From: Leidyana gryllorum EB-2025a | Lineage: Eukaryota; Protista; Apicomplexa | Assembly (NCBI GenBank): GCA_048772705.1 | Contig: JBLWGC010000177.1 | Coordinates: 93,710 to 157,709, forward strand | Direction of reading: 5' to 3' | Length of the DNA: 64,000 bases | Shown here: one piece after another, positions 1 through 15,155 of the stretch | Layout: the number at the start of each line of letters is the position of its first letter | Numbering within the stretch: position 1 is the stretch's first letter | Notes under the pieces: generated by a model | What the model saw: only the letters and a program-made list of their open reading frames with translations | Database searches by the model: none | What the model was told of the DNA's origin: nothing | Made by a program: the position numbers and the translations under genes

Positions 1-3000
1 CGACATTGTCGTGCAACGAGCTCAGTTCGCTCCATACTTGTTTTAGATTGGACACTTCCTCTTCCACAATGCGAGGATCCATACCGCCGGCTTCCATGAT
101 CCCACCAGCAGGCAGTCCCAAGGCCGCCTTGGCGGTGTCCAGTTTATCCATCCGTTGATTGAGCGCTTGGATCTTCGCCTCTGTGTCGAAGAGCGTGCGC
201 AGAGCCTCCTGTGGAGCCGTCTCGCCGCCGACGGGTTTCGATCTTCGCCAGTCGGCCTGAACTTTCTCCATAGCTTCACGTAACTTGCGGTCGATGACTC
301 GCACAATGTTCTGTAACTGCGGTTTGTAGCGCTCAAAGAACTCATCCTGTTGTGTCAGGATGACTTGGAAGGCATCCCATTCTCCGGCGACCCGTTCCGC
401 GTAGACCTGTTGAGGGCAAAGCAGGAGAGTGTTTTTATGTCACCAGCAGCAAAGGATCTCTTCTTACCCATCCTTCAGGGAAGACATAACGGTTAGCACT
501 GAGAACCTGTTCAGCAGCTTCGATCTGATGGACTTTACCGTCCCAATCTTGAACGAGTTCCTTGGCTCCACGGATCTTGGCGACATAATCTGCAATCTCG
601 GTGGCCACGATCCTTGTGACCTCGTCTTGTCCAGTGAGAGTGTTGGGATCAATGGTGGCAAACTTGGCTGTAGAGAGGTCTCCCTGTTTCTCCAAAGCAG
701 TCCTGGCCGCAGCCAAGCGGGCGAAGAAGCCCGTTGTTGACTCTCCCAACTTCTCACCAAAGAGACTGACCATTTCTCGAATTCTCTGTTCGTACTTTTG
801 ATCGACTCGAACTTGAACTCCGGAACAGTCTATGGTAACGGGACCGAACGATCTCCGATCGCTGATTCGATTGATGGAGGCTTTGACGGCTCTCAGCTCC
901 TGAATGGTTTGGGACCAGACATCAAAGTCGTCACCCATCAGCTCAGCGCAGTGATTGATATCCGCGTCCCAGATCAAACTCAGATCGTCCCAGTGGGCGA
1001 CCTCCGACTCTATCTCTCGCATAAGAGACTCAACGGCTTGATACGCCTCAGTGACTATCTCAGGATTCAACTTTTCCAACAGGTCGCGGTAAGAGGGCAG
1101 CTCGATGCCACTCTTGGAGTCGAGCAATGTGGGACGAGGGAGACGCGCTAATTTGGCCACAACTCGGTGGAAAGACTGAACCCATTTCTGACGTGCCATA
1201 TCGATGGGCGGGGAGATTGTGACAACTTTGTCAACAATGTCAACTTCGTGGAGTGACCGCTCTTTAATAAGTACTGTGCCATTGGTGGGCCAAGCGCTAA
1301 ACTCCTTCGTCCAGGTGGCTACGATATTGGAGCACTGTTCGAGAAGAATAGTTCCCAACTCTTTCTCGAGATGTTCCACATAGTTCCGCAGATTGGAGTA
1401 TCCAGACTCAACGAGACGGTAGATGTATCCCTGGAGCTCCTCCGCACATTGTTGGAACTCTTTGGCGGGAGCCGCAGGCGGTAAGTCTTTAATCTTTCGC
1501 AACAGTCGATCGACATTCTGAGCAGTGCTGGTCAACTCTGACATTTTCCGTTCCATAGATTCGATTGCCTTTCCGAACTCCAATGCCATCTCCTCAACTT
1601 GCTCAGATTCCCACTTCAACTTGAGTCCTTTCTGTATGCTGTCCAGGACGCGTTGCTGTTCCTCGGCGAGCAGCGGAGACATGGCCTGGAATCGAGGATC
1701 GGACGAGAACTTGTCAGCGAGAGACTTGTTCGCCCGTAGAGACTCTTCCAAAGCGATGTAAACAGGGTACATAGCGCGACTCTCGTCTGCACTCGTACGT
1801 ACGGAGTAGGGCAGTCTGACATTCAAGGCACTGAAGAAGCGGAACTCCTTCCAGATATTGATTTGGACAGAGTCACAGTTGACTTCGAGCTGCAGTACTC
1901 GAGGCCCCATTCTCAGTATATGGAACACAGCGGCTCCGAGGTCGAGTTTCTTACGGGTCTTCACCTCTTCCAGCCAGGTGTCTACTAACATTTTAGAGTT
2001 GCAGATCCGCAGGAACGAGTCGACTTCGGCTTTGATCTGTTGGCCGTCTTGAAACTCTTCCCAATTCTTTCCCAAAACATCTTCCATACGCTGCAACGCC
2101 AACTTGACTCTGTCTTCGATCTGACGGGTCCAAATAACCTTCTCGGCATTCGGGGGATAGTCCCGAATGCGAGCTGAAAAACACGCCTCAGTATTGTCGT
2201 GACCCTCTCGGAACTTCTTCTGGAGCGAGTGGAAGTCGGCCTTGACTTGATTCACCAAATCCGCCTGATGCTCCTGAATAGCACTTCTGATTCGGGGACG
2301 GAAGAAGAGTGTATTATACTCGGAGAAGACTCGGAACATCTCATTTCCATCTTTCGCTTGACTCAGTCTCTCACGAATACGTTGAGTGATACTCGTTTCA
2401 AAGCGGGTCAACTTTTCTTGATATATCTTCCGGGCAGAATCCCAGGCCTCCTGGCCGATCAGAGACACATCGAGGACATCAACCTGCTGCAACTGTTTCA
2501 GGTTACTGTTGAGCTCCAAACACGCCTGCGAGTTGGCACCGCCCTGAGCGATCAAAACTTGCGCCACAACTTTGACAAAGTCCTGATGTTCCCGCCGAAG
2601 TTGCACGATTTCTTCCAGACGCTGTTTCAGCTGCTGATGATCAAACTTGGGTTGAGCCGCCAACTGTGCCACACCACGAGTCTTGGTGATTTGACGGGCC
2701 GTCTCCTTGAACTTGCGGAACTCCTCGTCCCATAGCTGAACAACAACAATGGATGAGGAGGGGGTCGCGTCAGTGTGTCAGTGTGGCAGAGGCGGCGTGG
2801 TTGTGACAAGTTGGTGGTGACGTACCAAAAATATATCTTTCCACTGTCCGTGAAAGTGAGCGAATTCTCCATATTTCATTTCAAAGAGACGTTGGGGGGC
2901 CAAGACTTTGGCCATTTGACTGCTGAGTTCGCGACTTATGGCTTCGATGAGAGCAAATGCTTGGGGAAGGGGGTAGGCTGCGGCACTTTTGATCTTGCGC

Positions 3001-4181
3001 AGTTGACTGAAAATGATCTGGAGAGCATAACGGATCTCCTCCAGTGTAGCGGCTGTTTGCAGCTGAGGTATCGGGAAGTCTCGCATGAGCGTGTTGATGC
3101 TTTGGACCTCTTCCAACTTGCGTCCGACACCCGTTCCCGACTCGTAGAACAGACACCGTTTGTTTTCGTTCAGAATGGCCAGTTGCAGTTCCACCTCGGG
3201 ATTGGTGAACTGCTCCTGAATACTCTTGAGGGAGGCCTCCAGATTCAACCAGTAGTTGACTTCGTGGGATGCCTTGGTGACCGGTTTCACCTCCTTCTTG
3301 ACCACTTGACCGATTGCCGCTGACCACCCATGCACCTGGGTTTGTAACTTGTTTAGATAGACGGAGTCACTAGCTAAGGGGCCCATGTCGCTGACCATAG
3401 CCTTGCGGCCGAGCTCGCGTGCGCGGGCCACCGCCGCAACCACCTTGGCGTCGCAGTGCAACTCCACATGCACGATAGCACTGGCTTGCTGGGCTTGTTG
3501 AACTGCGCCGACAAACTCCTGCAACTTGCGACGAACTTGGGCCACATTCCGTCCGACTGCATCGTCCTCAGCAGTGGTCTGTGCGTAGATTGATCTCTTT
3601 GATGTACTCAGATCTGTCTCACCTTGCCGTCTCCTGCCCGAGCACCTTCCTCTGTGGTCAAAACGGGCTCTATTGAATTCTGCAGAAGATTCTGGAGGGC
3701 TTCGAGAGTGGAGTTTTCGCCTTGACCGAAACTGAGGGTCGAAACTTGCAGCTTTTGTCCAAGAGGTATGGGCTGACGATCTTCGCCCGGCTGTCCTGGG
3801 GAGACCGGACTCTCCTCGTCGGCGAGAGTCGCGATGTGAGGCCGCTTCAATATAGCGATGGCCTGGCTATTGAGCAGACGGCGGTCATACTGAGTCTGCA
3901 ATAGGATCCAGGATTCCGAGGTCTCGGCGTCATATATACGGCAGACTGACAGAGAGGCGGGGACGGCGATAAGTAGTTATCAGGGAGGAGTTACCTAACA
4001 AGAGACGGACATTGGAGTCATTCACGAAGGCAGCGAGAACATCCTCGATCTCAGCCTGAGATTGCCGTAGGCTGCCGCCGAGGAGGTATGATTGGACTGA
4101 TTGCTTTGGTACACCAAGTAATGCAGGACAGATCTCGCTGAGGAAATTGACCAGTTGCGTCCGGAGTGACGCTCCCGACAT
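1..4181 (-). CDS. DYNC1H1: Cytoplasmic dynein heavy chain, N-terminal tail region (partial; continues beyond position 1)
   Basis: ATG at 4181. GT-AG introns 3946-3994, 3579-3622, 2736-2825 and 407-467 join ORFs 3930-4181, 3608-3901, 2778-3545 and 435-2672 in frame. The motif NEMFRVFSEYNTLFFRPRIRSAIQEHQADLVNQVKAD matches the cytoplasmic dynein tail (DHC_N1), followed by FPEGWVYAERVAGEWDAF. Confidence 0.92.
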
Positions 4182-4232
4182 ACTAGAGTTGTGCTTTTTT
4201 TGTTGGTCTACTGATTAGGTTGTGCAATGAAA

Positions 4233-5495
4233 TCACTTCTTGGCCACAAGGCTGACGCTGTCGCCAGAAACTTTGAATGTCTTAGTTCTGTCCTTCAACC
4301 ACTGACCGAGTTTGCCTTTGAAGTCAGCGGGCTTTTTCACTCGGGCACCAATGTGAGAGATCTTGCAGCTTCCGCCGGCGGCTTTTACGAACTCTACGAC
4401 AGCAGTCTCGTAGGCATCACCACCAGTGGCAGCTTTCTTGGGTGGGGGAGACGTTTCGGGGGATCCGGTGGCCTTGCGCTTCTTGTCATTGGTAGCGGCA
4501 GCAACCTCCTCCTTCTTGGGCTGTTGCTTGCCACCCTTTTTGGGAGCGGGCTTCTTGGGCTCCTCTTCCTCCTCTGAAGACTCCTCGTCTTCCTCCTGAG
4601 ACTCCTCAGAAGAGTCAACTTGAGCAACAGGCTTCTCGTTCTCATCAGCAGACTCGTCAGAGCTGTCCTCGACTTCCTGACCCGCAGGGGCCTTCTCCTC
4701 CATAGCGTCCTCATCGTCGCTGTCGGCCTCCTCGTCGTCACTCTCAGCCTCTTCCTCGTCAGAGGAGACAACAGCAGCCTGAATTTTGGCGATAGCAGCT
4801 TCCGCCTTCTTCTTGGCGGACGCGGAGTCCACCTCGGCCTCGGACTCGTCAGAAGAATCGTTCTCCTCCTCGTCTTCAGCGGACTCGTTGTCATCGTCCG
4901 AGTCGTTCTCCTCCTCGTCTTCAGACTCGGCGGCCTTCTTGGCAGTCTTCTTGACCTTCTTCTCGATGGCAGCGCGGAGCTGGGCTTCGGCCATCTCCTC
5001 TTCCTCATCAGAAGCCTCCTCGTCATCAGAGGCCTCCTCGTCGCCGGACTCCTCCTCCTCCTCGTCGTCGGCCTTGGCAACTCCGGCTTTGCTCTTCAGG
5101 TAGGCCTGGACTTGTTTGGCGAGTTGGGCCTTGGCGCCCTCATCGAGACTCTCGTCGCCGCTATCGGTGGCGTCGCCATCCTCGCTGACGAGGTCAGCGG
5201 GCTCGGTATAGCCGGTGAGGTGGACCTCAACCTTGGAGGGCTTGCCGGTGGACTGGGTGAAGGAGACCTTCGCGCCGGCAGACAGGTAGAGATCGCAGGT
5301 ATGTTGGAGGTGCTCGTGGCTCAAGATGGCTGCGACGTATTCCTTCTTGTTCTCATCCGAAACGGAGACTCTGAATTGATCGCCGGTTTTGACATCACCA
5401 ACGAGAACGAGGTTGGACAAGTGAACCAACTCGGCATCAGTGGCCTGGAGGCTCAATGAGTCTCCTCTTTTGATTGTAGCTCCGAAGAATGACAT
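4233..5495 (-). CDS. Nucleoplasmin-like (NPL) domain acidic nucleolar protein / histone chaperone with basic C-terminal domain
   Basis: First ATG at 5495 (MSFFGATIK...VHLSNLVL...EVHLTGY, typical of the NPL domain of FKBP39/HD2-type proteins). Long D/E tracts, basic NLS-like KKRK and PKK, and a compact C-terminal domain. No introns. Confidence 0.8.
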   Translation of the reverse strand: MSFFGATIKRGDSLSLQATDAELVHLSNLVLVGDVKTGDQFRVSVSDENKKEYVAAILSHEHLQHTCDLYLSAGAKVSFTQSTGKPSKVEVHLTGYTEPADLVSEDGDATDSGDESLDEGAKAQLAKQVQAYLKSKAGVAKADDEEEEESGDEEASDDEEASDEEEEMAEAQLRAAIEKKVKKTAKKAAESEDEEENDSDDDNESAEDEEENDSSDESEAEVDSASAKKKAEAAIAKIQAAVVSSDEEEAESDDEEADSDDEDAMEEKAPAGQEVEDSSDESADENEKPVAQVDSSEESQEEDEESSEEEEEPKKPAPKKGGKQQPKKEEVAAATNDKKRKATGSPETSPPPKKAATGGDAYETAVVEFVKAAGGSCKISHIGARVKKPADFKGKLGQWLKDRTKTFKVSGDSVSLVAKK

Positions 5496-5597
5496 GCCGT
5501 TGGACAACCGCTAAACCGCTGACGAAATTTTTTGCTTTCTGAAGCAGGCAAGAGCAAAACGATGGAGCACGAACTATTCTATCATCTCATAAACTCT

Positions 5598-6683
5598 TCA
5601 AGCTGTTGACATGTACTTCTCCTTAAGGTGCAACTTAAGCTTATTCCAGTCGGCATCAAAGCCGCGGATGCCCTCAGCGAGTTTGTCGCATGCCATCTTA
5701 GAGGCGTTCATCTCCCAGCGGAATTTCTCCTCAGTGAGGTTGAGTTTCTCCATAGTGCACAATTTCTCTGCATCGCCTGCGGTCAATTTCTGTACCAATT
5801 TGGCCGCGGGCATATCGGCCAACTCCTTCAGAAGCTTGGGAGACACAGTTAAATTGTCGCAGCCGGCGAGTTCGAGAATCTCGCCAACATTCCGGAACGA
5901 AGCTCCCATGACCACGGTCTTGTACCCGTGTTTCTTAAAGTAGTAGTAGATCTCGCGAACGGACTTGACGCCGGGGTCTTCCGAAGCCTCAAAGTCCTTT
6001 CCCTCAGCAGCCTTGTACCAGTCCAGAATTCTGCCGACAAACGGAGAAATCAGATAAGCACCGGCCTCGGCAGCTGCAATCGCCTGGTACAGGGAGAAAA
6101 TCAGAGTCAGGTTGCAGTTGATGCCTTGGGCCTGCAGTTCCTTGGCAGCCTGACATCCTTCCCACGTCGAGGCCAACTTGATCAAAAGACGGCTGTGGTC
6201 GATGCCCTTCGCCTTGAACAGCTCCACAATGCGCTTGGCTCTGTCAATGGACCCCTGTTTGTCGAAAGACAACGAGGCGTCGACCTCGATCGAGACAACT
6301 CCAGGGACGATTTCCAGAATCTTAGCGCCAAAGGTGGTCAACAGCTGGTCACAGATCTCGGGAATCAACACATCCGGGTCAGTGGAGTTGTTAGTCGCCT
6401 TGCGAGAAGCCTCGACCGCCTCGTCCACAACAGACTCGTACGCGGGATTCTTCACAACTTGGAGGATCAATGACGGGTTAGTAGTAGCGTCCACGGGCTG
6501 GAAGGTCTTGATGGCCTCGTAGTCGCCGGTGTCGGCGACAACTTTGGTAATCTTCTTGAGCTCGTCCAAGGCGCTCACTTGTTGCTTCTTAGTGGCCGGA
6601 TCCTCGACTGCATCGTTGGTGGCGGTAGCGGAGGAGGCGGGGCGTTTGGCAGGGGAAGCAACAGTCGGCTGCTGATCGGTCAT
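5598..6683 (-). CDS. TAL1: Transaldolase
   Basis: Motifs VVADTGD, DATTNPSL, LIKLASTWEG (catalytic Lys), LISPFVGRILDW and VMGASFRN. Intronless 361-aa ORF. Confidence 0.97.
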   Translation of the reverse strand: MTDQQPTVASPAKRPASSATATNDAVEDPATKKQQVSALDELKKITKVVADTGDYEAIKTFQPVDATTNPSLILQVVKNPAYESVVDEAVEASRKATNNSTDPDVLIPEICDQLLTTFGAKILEIVPGVVSIEVDASLSFDKQGSIDRAKRIVELFKAKGIDHSRLLIKLASTWEGCQAAKELQAQGINCNLTLIFSLYQAIAAAEAGAYLISPFVGRILDWYKAAEGKDFEASEDPGVKSVREIYYYFKKHGYKTVVMGASFRNVGEILELAGCDNLTVSPKLLKELADMPAAKLVQKLTAGDAEKLCTMEKLNLTEEKFRWEMNASKMACDKLAEGIRGFDADWNKLKLHLKEKYMSTA

Positions 6684-6748
6684 GTTGATTCAATACAGAG
6701 AAAGCGAAGAAAAAGGACAAGTGGGTGGAGTGAAATGAATTCTAAAAA

Positions 6749-10023
<3,275 letters not shown>

Positions 10024-10045
10024 GGGGTGCAACCGTGTGCTCTCT

Positions 10046-11245
10046 ATGTATCGATTCCGCAAGGCTCGTCCGAGGAGTTTGACTCCTCCACCTCACAAAT
10101 TAGATCCTCGGTAGGGGATAGACGCATTGTATGCTTTGAAGTGAAGCTCCTTATTAGTGCTTTTCATCAACAACGGGATCGGGAAGAAGACAATCCTCCG
10201 GTTGACTGCCGTCGTCGTAATCCATGGAAGGTGAAGGGACAGGAGGAATGTCCCGAGCCTCTTGATGTATTCTGTCGGCCAGCGAGCATTCGACGTCCAA
10301 CTCCACCGCCCCCACTTTCCCCTTTTCGAGAGTCTCTGGAGAGTTTGTGGCCGACGCATCCGAGGGTGACCTTGTCGAGGGACAGCCTCACGTCCTGCAC
10401 CGCTTCGTCCCACGAAAGTGTCGCGCCTCCCCGCTTCCGGGCCCCTCCGCGGCCTTTGGGGTATCATTTGCGGTGCAGTTGGAGTTTGCTGATTGGGCCT
10501 CACGGCTCGACTTCGTTAGCATACATTGACCACTTGCGGCAGTAAGCACGAAGATTCGGCCTGTTAATGGCGGTGACCCATCAGAGAGGCGATAGCCCCT
10601 AACGTCCTGTTTTTGACGTTAGCGGAGACGATAGATTGGGCGCTGGGCGACGAGAAGGCGGAATGGTACCATGAGATTGCGGAGTGTGTGAGAGAACATC
10701 GACCTCTTTCAATGATGCTACTGCGAGACGTTGTGGCGGAGCTGCTGCCATCGCGGATCAGAGTGTTGCAGACATCGTTGGCGAACGATATGCCGCCCCC
10801 GCGTCGAGGACACTATCCGATATTCGTTGTTCTGGAAGGCTTTGTGACATCTCCACGTGCTGCCACGGAGTTTGAGGCCCTCTTTGGTCCCGTGCAATCG
10901 GTGATCTGCTTCGAGCTGTTGAACGGTCACATCAGGAGACTGGCGCAGATACCGGAGGACGATCCCCGATCGCCTGTCGGGAAGGACTCGTGGTCCAAAC
11001 TGGGCATTAGCTTGGAGGACTCGGAGAGACGGGCAAGAGCCATCAAGGCTTACTACTCGAACAGGGGGCTCTTGCAGGTGAGGGGAGAGAGATAGTTTGA
11101 TGAGGTGATGAGGGGTCGCATTGTTCAGGTGATCAACTTGGGCCGAGATGTTTATTACATCCTCGACTCGCTGCGGACAGCGATTCGGCATCTCAGTACT
11201 GCGGCTGGGGTGCGTAGTTGCGCACATGTTCCATTCCGTGTGTGA
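10046..11245 (+). CDS. Adenylate/NMP-kinase-like protein with degenerate P-loop
   Basis: ATG 10046 (MYRFRKARP). Introns 10111-10157, 10542-10584 and 11078-11128 give a continuous frame. Segments LLIGPHGSTSL, FVVLEGFVTSPRAATEFEALFGP and IKAYYSNRGLLQVIN follow the adenylate kinase order. Confidence 0.65.
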
Positions 11246-11273
11246 GCGAGCCGACTGTGTGGTCTGCACGCAG

Positions 11274-12071
11274 ATGAGCGAAGAGGGCAGCTTTATGGAT
11301 GAGAGGCCGGAGGGGACTCCGGCTTTGTCTGAGAGACGGCCAGTGGGGTTGAAGAAGCCGCCGCCGATGACTCGGCGTCTCGGGCAACCAACACCCAAAG
11401 TCGAAGCTACTCCGGTCAATGATCTATCCGAGATTAGTCACGAGTCCGTTGTTAATGATGATTCATACATGGCAGATCCAGAAATAATGGGTGGACCCGC
11501 AGAAACCGTCAATGAAAACGATATGGGCGACGATCACTCACACGTGCTCGGCACACCTTCCAGTATAGGCAGACCTCGCTCTGATGTCAAGGCTGCCTTT
11601 GAGGCCTATCACCCCAGAGAACAAGAAGAACAAGCTCCACGCGCTAGTCGCAGTTCTCGTTACACAACTGACACTACAGCTTCCACGGGACGTCGTACCA
11701 GTGGGGGTAGCGAGCGCCCCCCAACCGAAAAGCACACCACTACTCGGCCACCCAAACGGTCAAAAGTCAAAACACCTCCAAATGTTTCGATGCCCGCCGA
11801 CGATGCCAACGGAGACATTGATTACATCGCCTCCGCTGAACAAAATCAGTGGGTATTCGACCAACAACCGCCTCCTCAAGGAGGCGAGGGCCTCGGGATA
11901 CTGGGGGACGTTATGGGATTCTTCTTCGACGCATGCCGTCGTCCTCCGGCACACCACCATCCGCACCCCCATCATCATTATCAACCGGGTCCACCGCCAC
12001 CACCACCCCTATATGGACCGCCTCCCAGCCCCTATCAGCCTCTGTATCTGTGGTATAGATCGACAGAATAG
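11274..12071 (+). CDS. Hypothetical disordered protein with His/Pro-rich C-terminus
   Basis: ATG 11274 (MSEEGSF) lies within ORF 11148-12071 and fills the space between neighbouring genes. No recognisable domain. Confidence 0.6.
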   Translation: MSEEGSFMDERPEGTPALSERRPVGLKKPPPMTRRLGQPTPKVEATPVNDLSEISHESVVNDDSYMADPEIMGGPAETVNENDMGDDHSHVLGTPSSIGRPRSDVKAAFEAYHPREQEEQAPRASRSSRYTTDTTASTGRRTSGGSERPPTEKHTTTRPPKRSKVKTPPNVSMPADDANGDIDYIASAEQNQWVFDQQPPPQGGEGLGILGDVMGFFFDACRRPPAHHHPHPHHHYQPGPPPPPPLYGPPPSPYQPLYLWYRSTE

Positions 12072-12096
12072 TGTCCATCAAATGTATTGTACTTCC

Positions 12097-13874
12097 TCAA
12101 GGTAAGCTCGGCCATTCATCAGTCGACTTGGGCTGCTGTGGTGTCAACCCTGGAGGTCGAACGTGACCGAAATCCATTGACGGTCCGGCTGGTGGGGCCC
12201 GAGATTGCGGCGATGACCGATGGTCGCCACGCCCACGTCCTCCTCGCCCCCCTCGGCCTCCACCTCCACGTCTCTCGAATCCCGGAGAAGGCGCTGCCTC
12301 ACTCATTCGATGTTGGCCACGACCAACCGATTGGCGTCCACTGGGCGCTGGTCCGTTGTTCGAGGGCTGTCGATGATGTTGAGAGTCACCGCCTCCTCTC
12401 CCACGGCCACCGCCCCCACTGTGGTCTCTTCCACGGCCACCGCCCCCACTGTGGTGGTGCCCTCCACGGGCTCCAATGTGATCAGTACCGCCACCTCTCC
12501 CACGTCCGGTGTCAGCTCTGCCGCCTCGGCCCCGATCGCGGCCGCGGCCGCCGCCGGCGTCTCGATGCATTTCTCTGTCTCCGGTGGGGGAGGGTCGCTG
12601 GACGGGAGACTCGACGAGTGGATGTTGGGCCACGGGTGAGTGATCGACTGCGGGTTCGGCCGCGGGCTCGAAGACACCGGCACCAAAGAGAGTTCGACCT
12701 CCAATTGATTGGGTTACAATGCCTTCATCTCGATGACCTCTTCGTCCTCCCCCTCTTTGGCGTCCAGGCTTTCCTCTTTCAAACCTTGTTGCAGGTGACG
12801 GCGCTTCGGGCTGCAGCCGTTTGGACATGATGGCGTTGGCTTCCTTATTAGTGACCTCAGCTTGGGGCTGAGGGGGAGCTGTGGCTGGAGCGCAAACGCT
12901 TTGCGGCTCCAAGTCCTCCATATCGACAGCGGCACGGGTTGCTGCTGTTCCCGCATGAGCGCCTTTGAGTATATCCTGTGCCTTGAGGAAAGTCGGAGGG
13001 TCCAATCGCGATGCGAGCGGTGGAACGGGCCTCTCGAAGGGAATGAAGGCGGGATAAGAATTAGTGCCGTGTCTGTTTCCTCGTCGATGATCGGGAACCT
13101 GTTTTTCAATATGAGTCAGTGTGTTCGCTGTGAATGAATGCTTCTTACCATGTTGGACGCTGTCATGTTAGGGACTGAGCCACCCATATGGCGTAATTGG
13201 TTAGAATGCAGCATCAGCACCATATTGCAGCTGGTCTGCAGCTGTTGGTTAGTACCACTGAGTAAGAACTTCTCTCCAGGCGTGAAACTCCTCTTCTCTG
13301 CACCGATTCTGCACATTGCCTCCAGTACAGCGATGCGAAACGCTCCGGCGCACAGAATGTATTTCATCCGGCCACGAGCGTTAGACACTCCGGCAGTCTC
13401 CTCATCTTCAGGGATGGCTGTGGCATCGTCTCCTCCTTCGTCGTCGTTGACAACAACGTCAGCATTGTCTCCTCGGCCGCTGGGCTGTGATACACAGACA
13501 GCTTTGATCAGCTGAAGCAGCACCGGTTGGGGCCACTGCAGTTGGCGATTTGCACAGTTGAAGAACGGTAGGCAGAAAAGCACTTACGGAGACAACTCCA
13601 TCAGCTGCCTGAAGTACTTCGGCCGGAGGCGGGGAGACGGGAGCCAAAGCAAAGGCCCTGCAGTGATCGTGAGTGCGTGGGCGAAACGAAAGGAGACGAA
13701 CCTCAAATCGATGTTCAACAGATAGCTATGGGCTTTACTCTGCCAAGCGCGTTTTGCGCCGCCGGTCTCATTGTCTTCTTCGAGGTGATTCAGAAAAGCA
13801 TTCCACAGGTGCGTTTCTTTAGTTTCATGCAACCCGAATGTGCAACGCAACCAGGTGCGAAACTCGTCCTCCAT
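12097..13874 (-). CDS. RMI1/TDRD3-type OB-fold protein with RGG-rich C-terminal half
   Basis: ATG 13874. Introns 13658-13701, 13536-13587 and 13099-13148 fuse four ORF pieces. LLNIDLR..VLLQL..GRMKYIL..LEAM..TPGEKFLL..VLML...LRHMGGSVPNM resembles the RMI1_N/TDRD3 OB fold. It is followed by PAFIPF, many RGG/GRG repeats and a terminal DEWPSLP. Confidence 0.7.
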
Positions 13875-13926
13875 GTTGTTTGGCAGAATAATACATTTTA
13901 TGGTTCGGCAATGGTAGAGAGAGATA

Positions 13927-15048
13927 TCACGCAATAGCCTTCTTTCGGAAAGTTCCCTGTATCCAACATCTGTCCAGCACCTTTCCAGTCTTTCTATTGA
14001 CGAAACGGCGCTGAATCTCTTCACAACGGACCTCTTCCAGTCCAACTTTATCCAGAGACTCTAAGAGCTCTTTCTTGTCAAAGTAGGTCGCCAGCGTGCC
14101 GTCTTGGCGGACGTAAGCGTGTTCGGCGACGCGCGCACTCTGTCTACTGGCGAACCGCACCTCTTTTTGGTCATACCTCGCATAGTCTCGGAATAACAGG
14201 AGGCCCCCAGATTTCAGCGAGGACGCTATCCGTCCCAACACAGTCTCTACCAACTCGGGCGGGATAGCCGACAAGACAAACAAAAGTAGCGCAGCGTCGT
14301 AGCGATCTTCAACTTGGACTACTTGTTCAACTAGTTTAGTACTGAACTCAGAAGAGCCCCCCTCACTGTCCAATACAGCTGTGGGAGCTTCGTGATTGAT
14401 CATGTCCCAGACCCCCAACTTGACGATACTCCCACACCCTTCTTTAGATTCCTGGGAGTAGCGTTGCGCGAGCAGTTGCACAGCGCGTCGCGACACATCG
14501 AATGCCTCCGCTTGGCAGAGAGGTTCTGTGATTGAAATTTGAGGATTGAGGGGAACAAGTACACTTACGATTGCGTAGGAATGGAATGAGGGCGTTTCCC
14601 ACTCCGCAGCCTGCATCCAGCAGGAGCCATGGACGGTTGCGTTCGTTGAGGGCCTTCACAGAGGCAATATCGAGAGTTAAGTGATCGTCGTCATTTTGAG
14701 CGCCACTCTCTGAGTTGGGTGTGGTCTTAAGGTCAAACTCGCGCTCTAACCACGATCGATCCTTGAAGAAATTTGCCTCATTCCTCTTGTAGAAGAGTTC
14801 CCAGTTCTTGGCTTGATCCTTTCTATACTTCTCTGTGCGTGGAGGTGAGAGTAGGGGGCGGCGAGGGGGTGATGCTTACGAAGCCAGAAGGGTGGTAGCA
14901 ACTTGTTGTCAGGATCGTTCAAGATCGCGTCCAGCTCCGAGCGCATGTCATCGGTAAACTCTATGGCTGTCACTGTCGGAGAGTTTGGATAGGCGAGAAT
15001 GGATGAGAAAGGCGTACCGTGATCGTCATCGATGAAATCCTTGGGCAT
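13927..15048 (-). CDS. METTL6: METTL6/METTL2/Trm140-family tRNA m3C methyltransferase
   Basis: KNWELFYKRNEANFFKDRSWLEREF, LDAGCGVGN, LLFVLSAIPP, LLFRDYARYD and YVRQDGTLATYF. Introns 14833-14879 and 14526-14568. Confidence 0.9.
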
Positions 15049-15155
15049 CCGAGGAATAAAATTTTCGTCGAGGCCCAGCAGCAGGTTGATGGCTCAGGGC
15101 CCACCCACTAGCCAGAAGAGTTGATTGCCTCCGATGTGAGGTAGACTTGGTGCTG

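Noticed and set aside
4227-5459. Antisense and alternate-frame ORFs over the nucleoplasmin-like gene
   Set aside because: They are by-products of biased codon use in a low-complexity acidic CDS.
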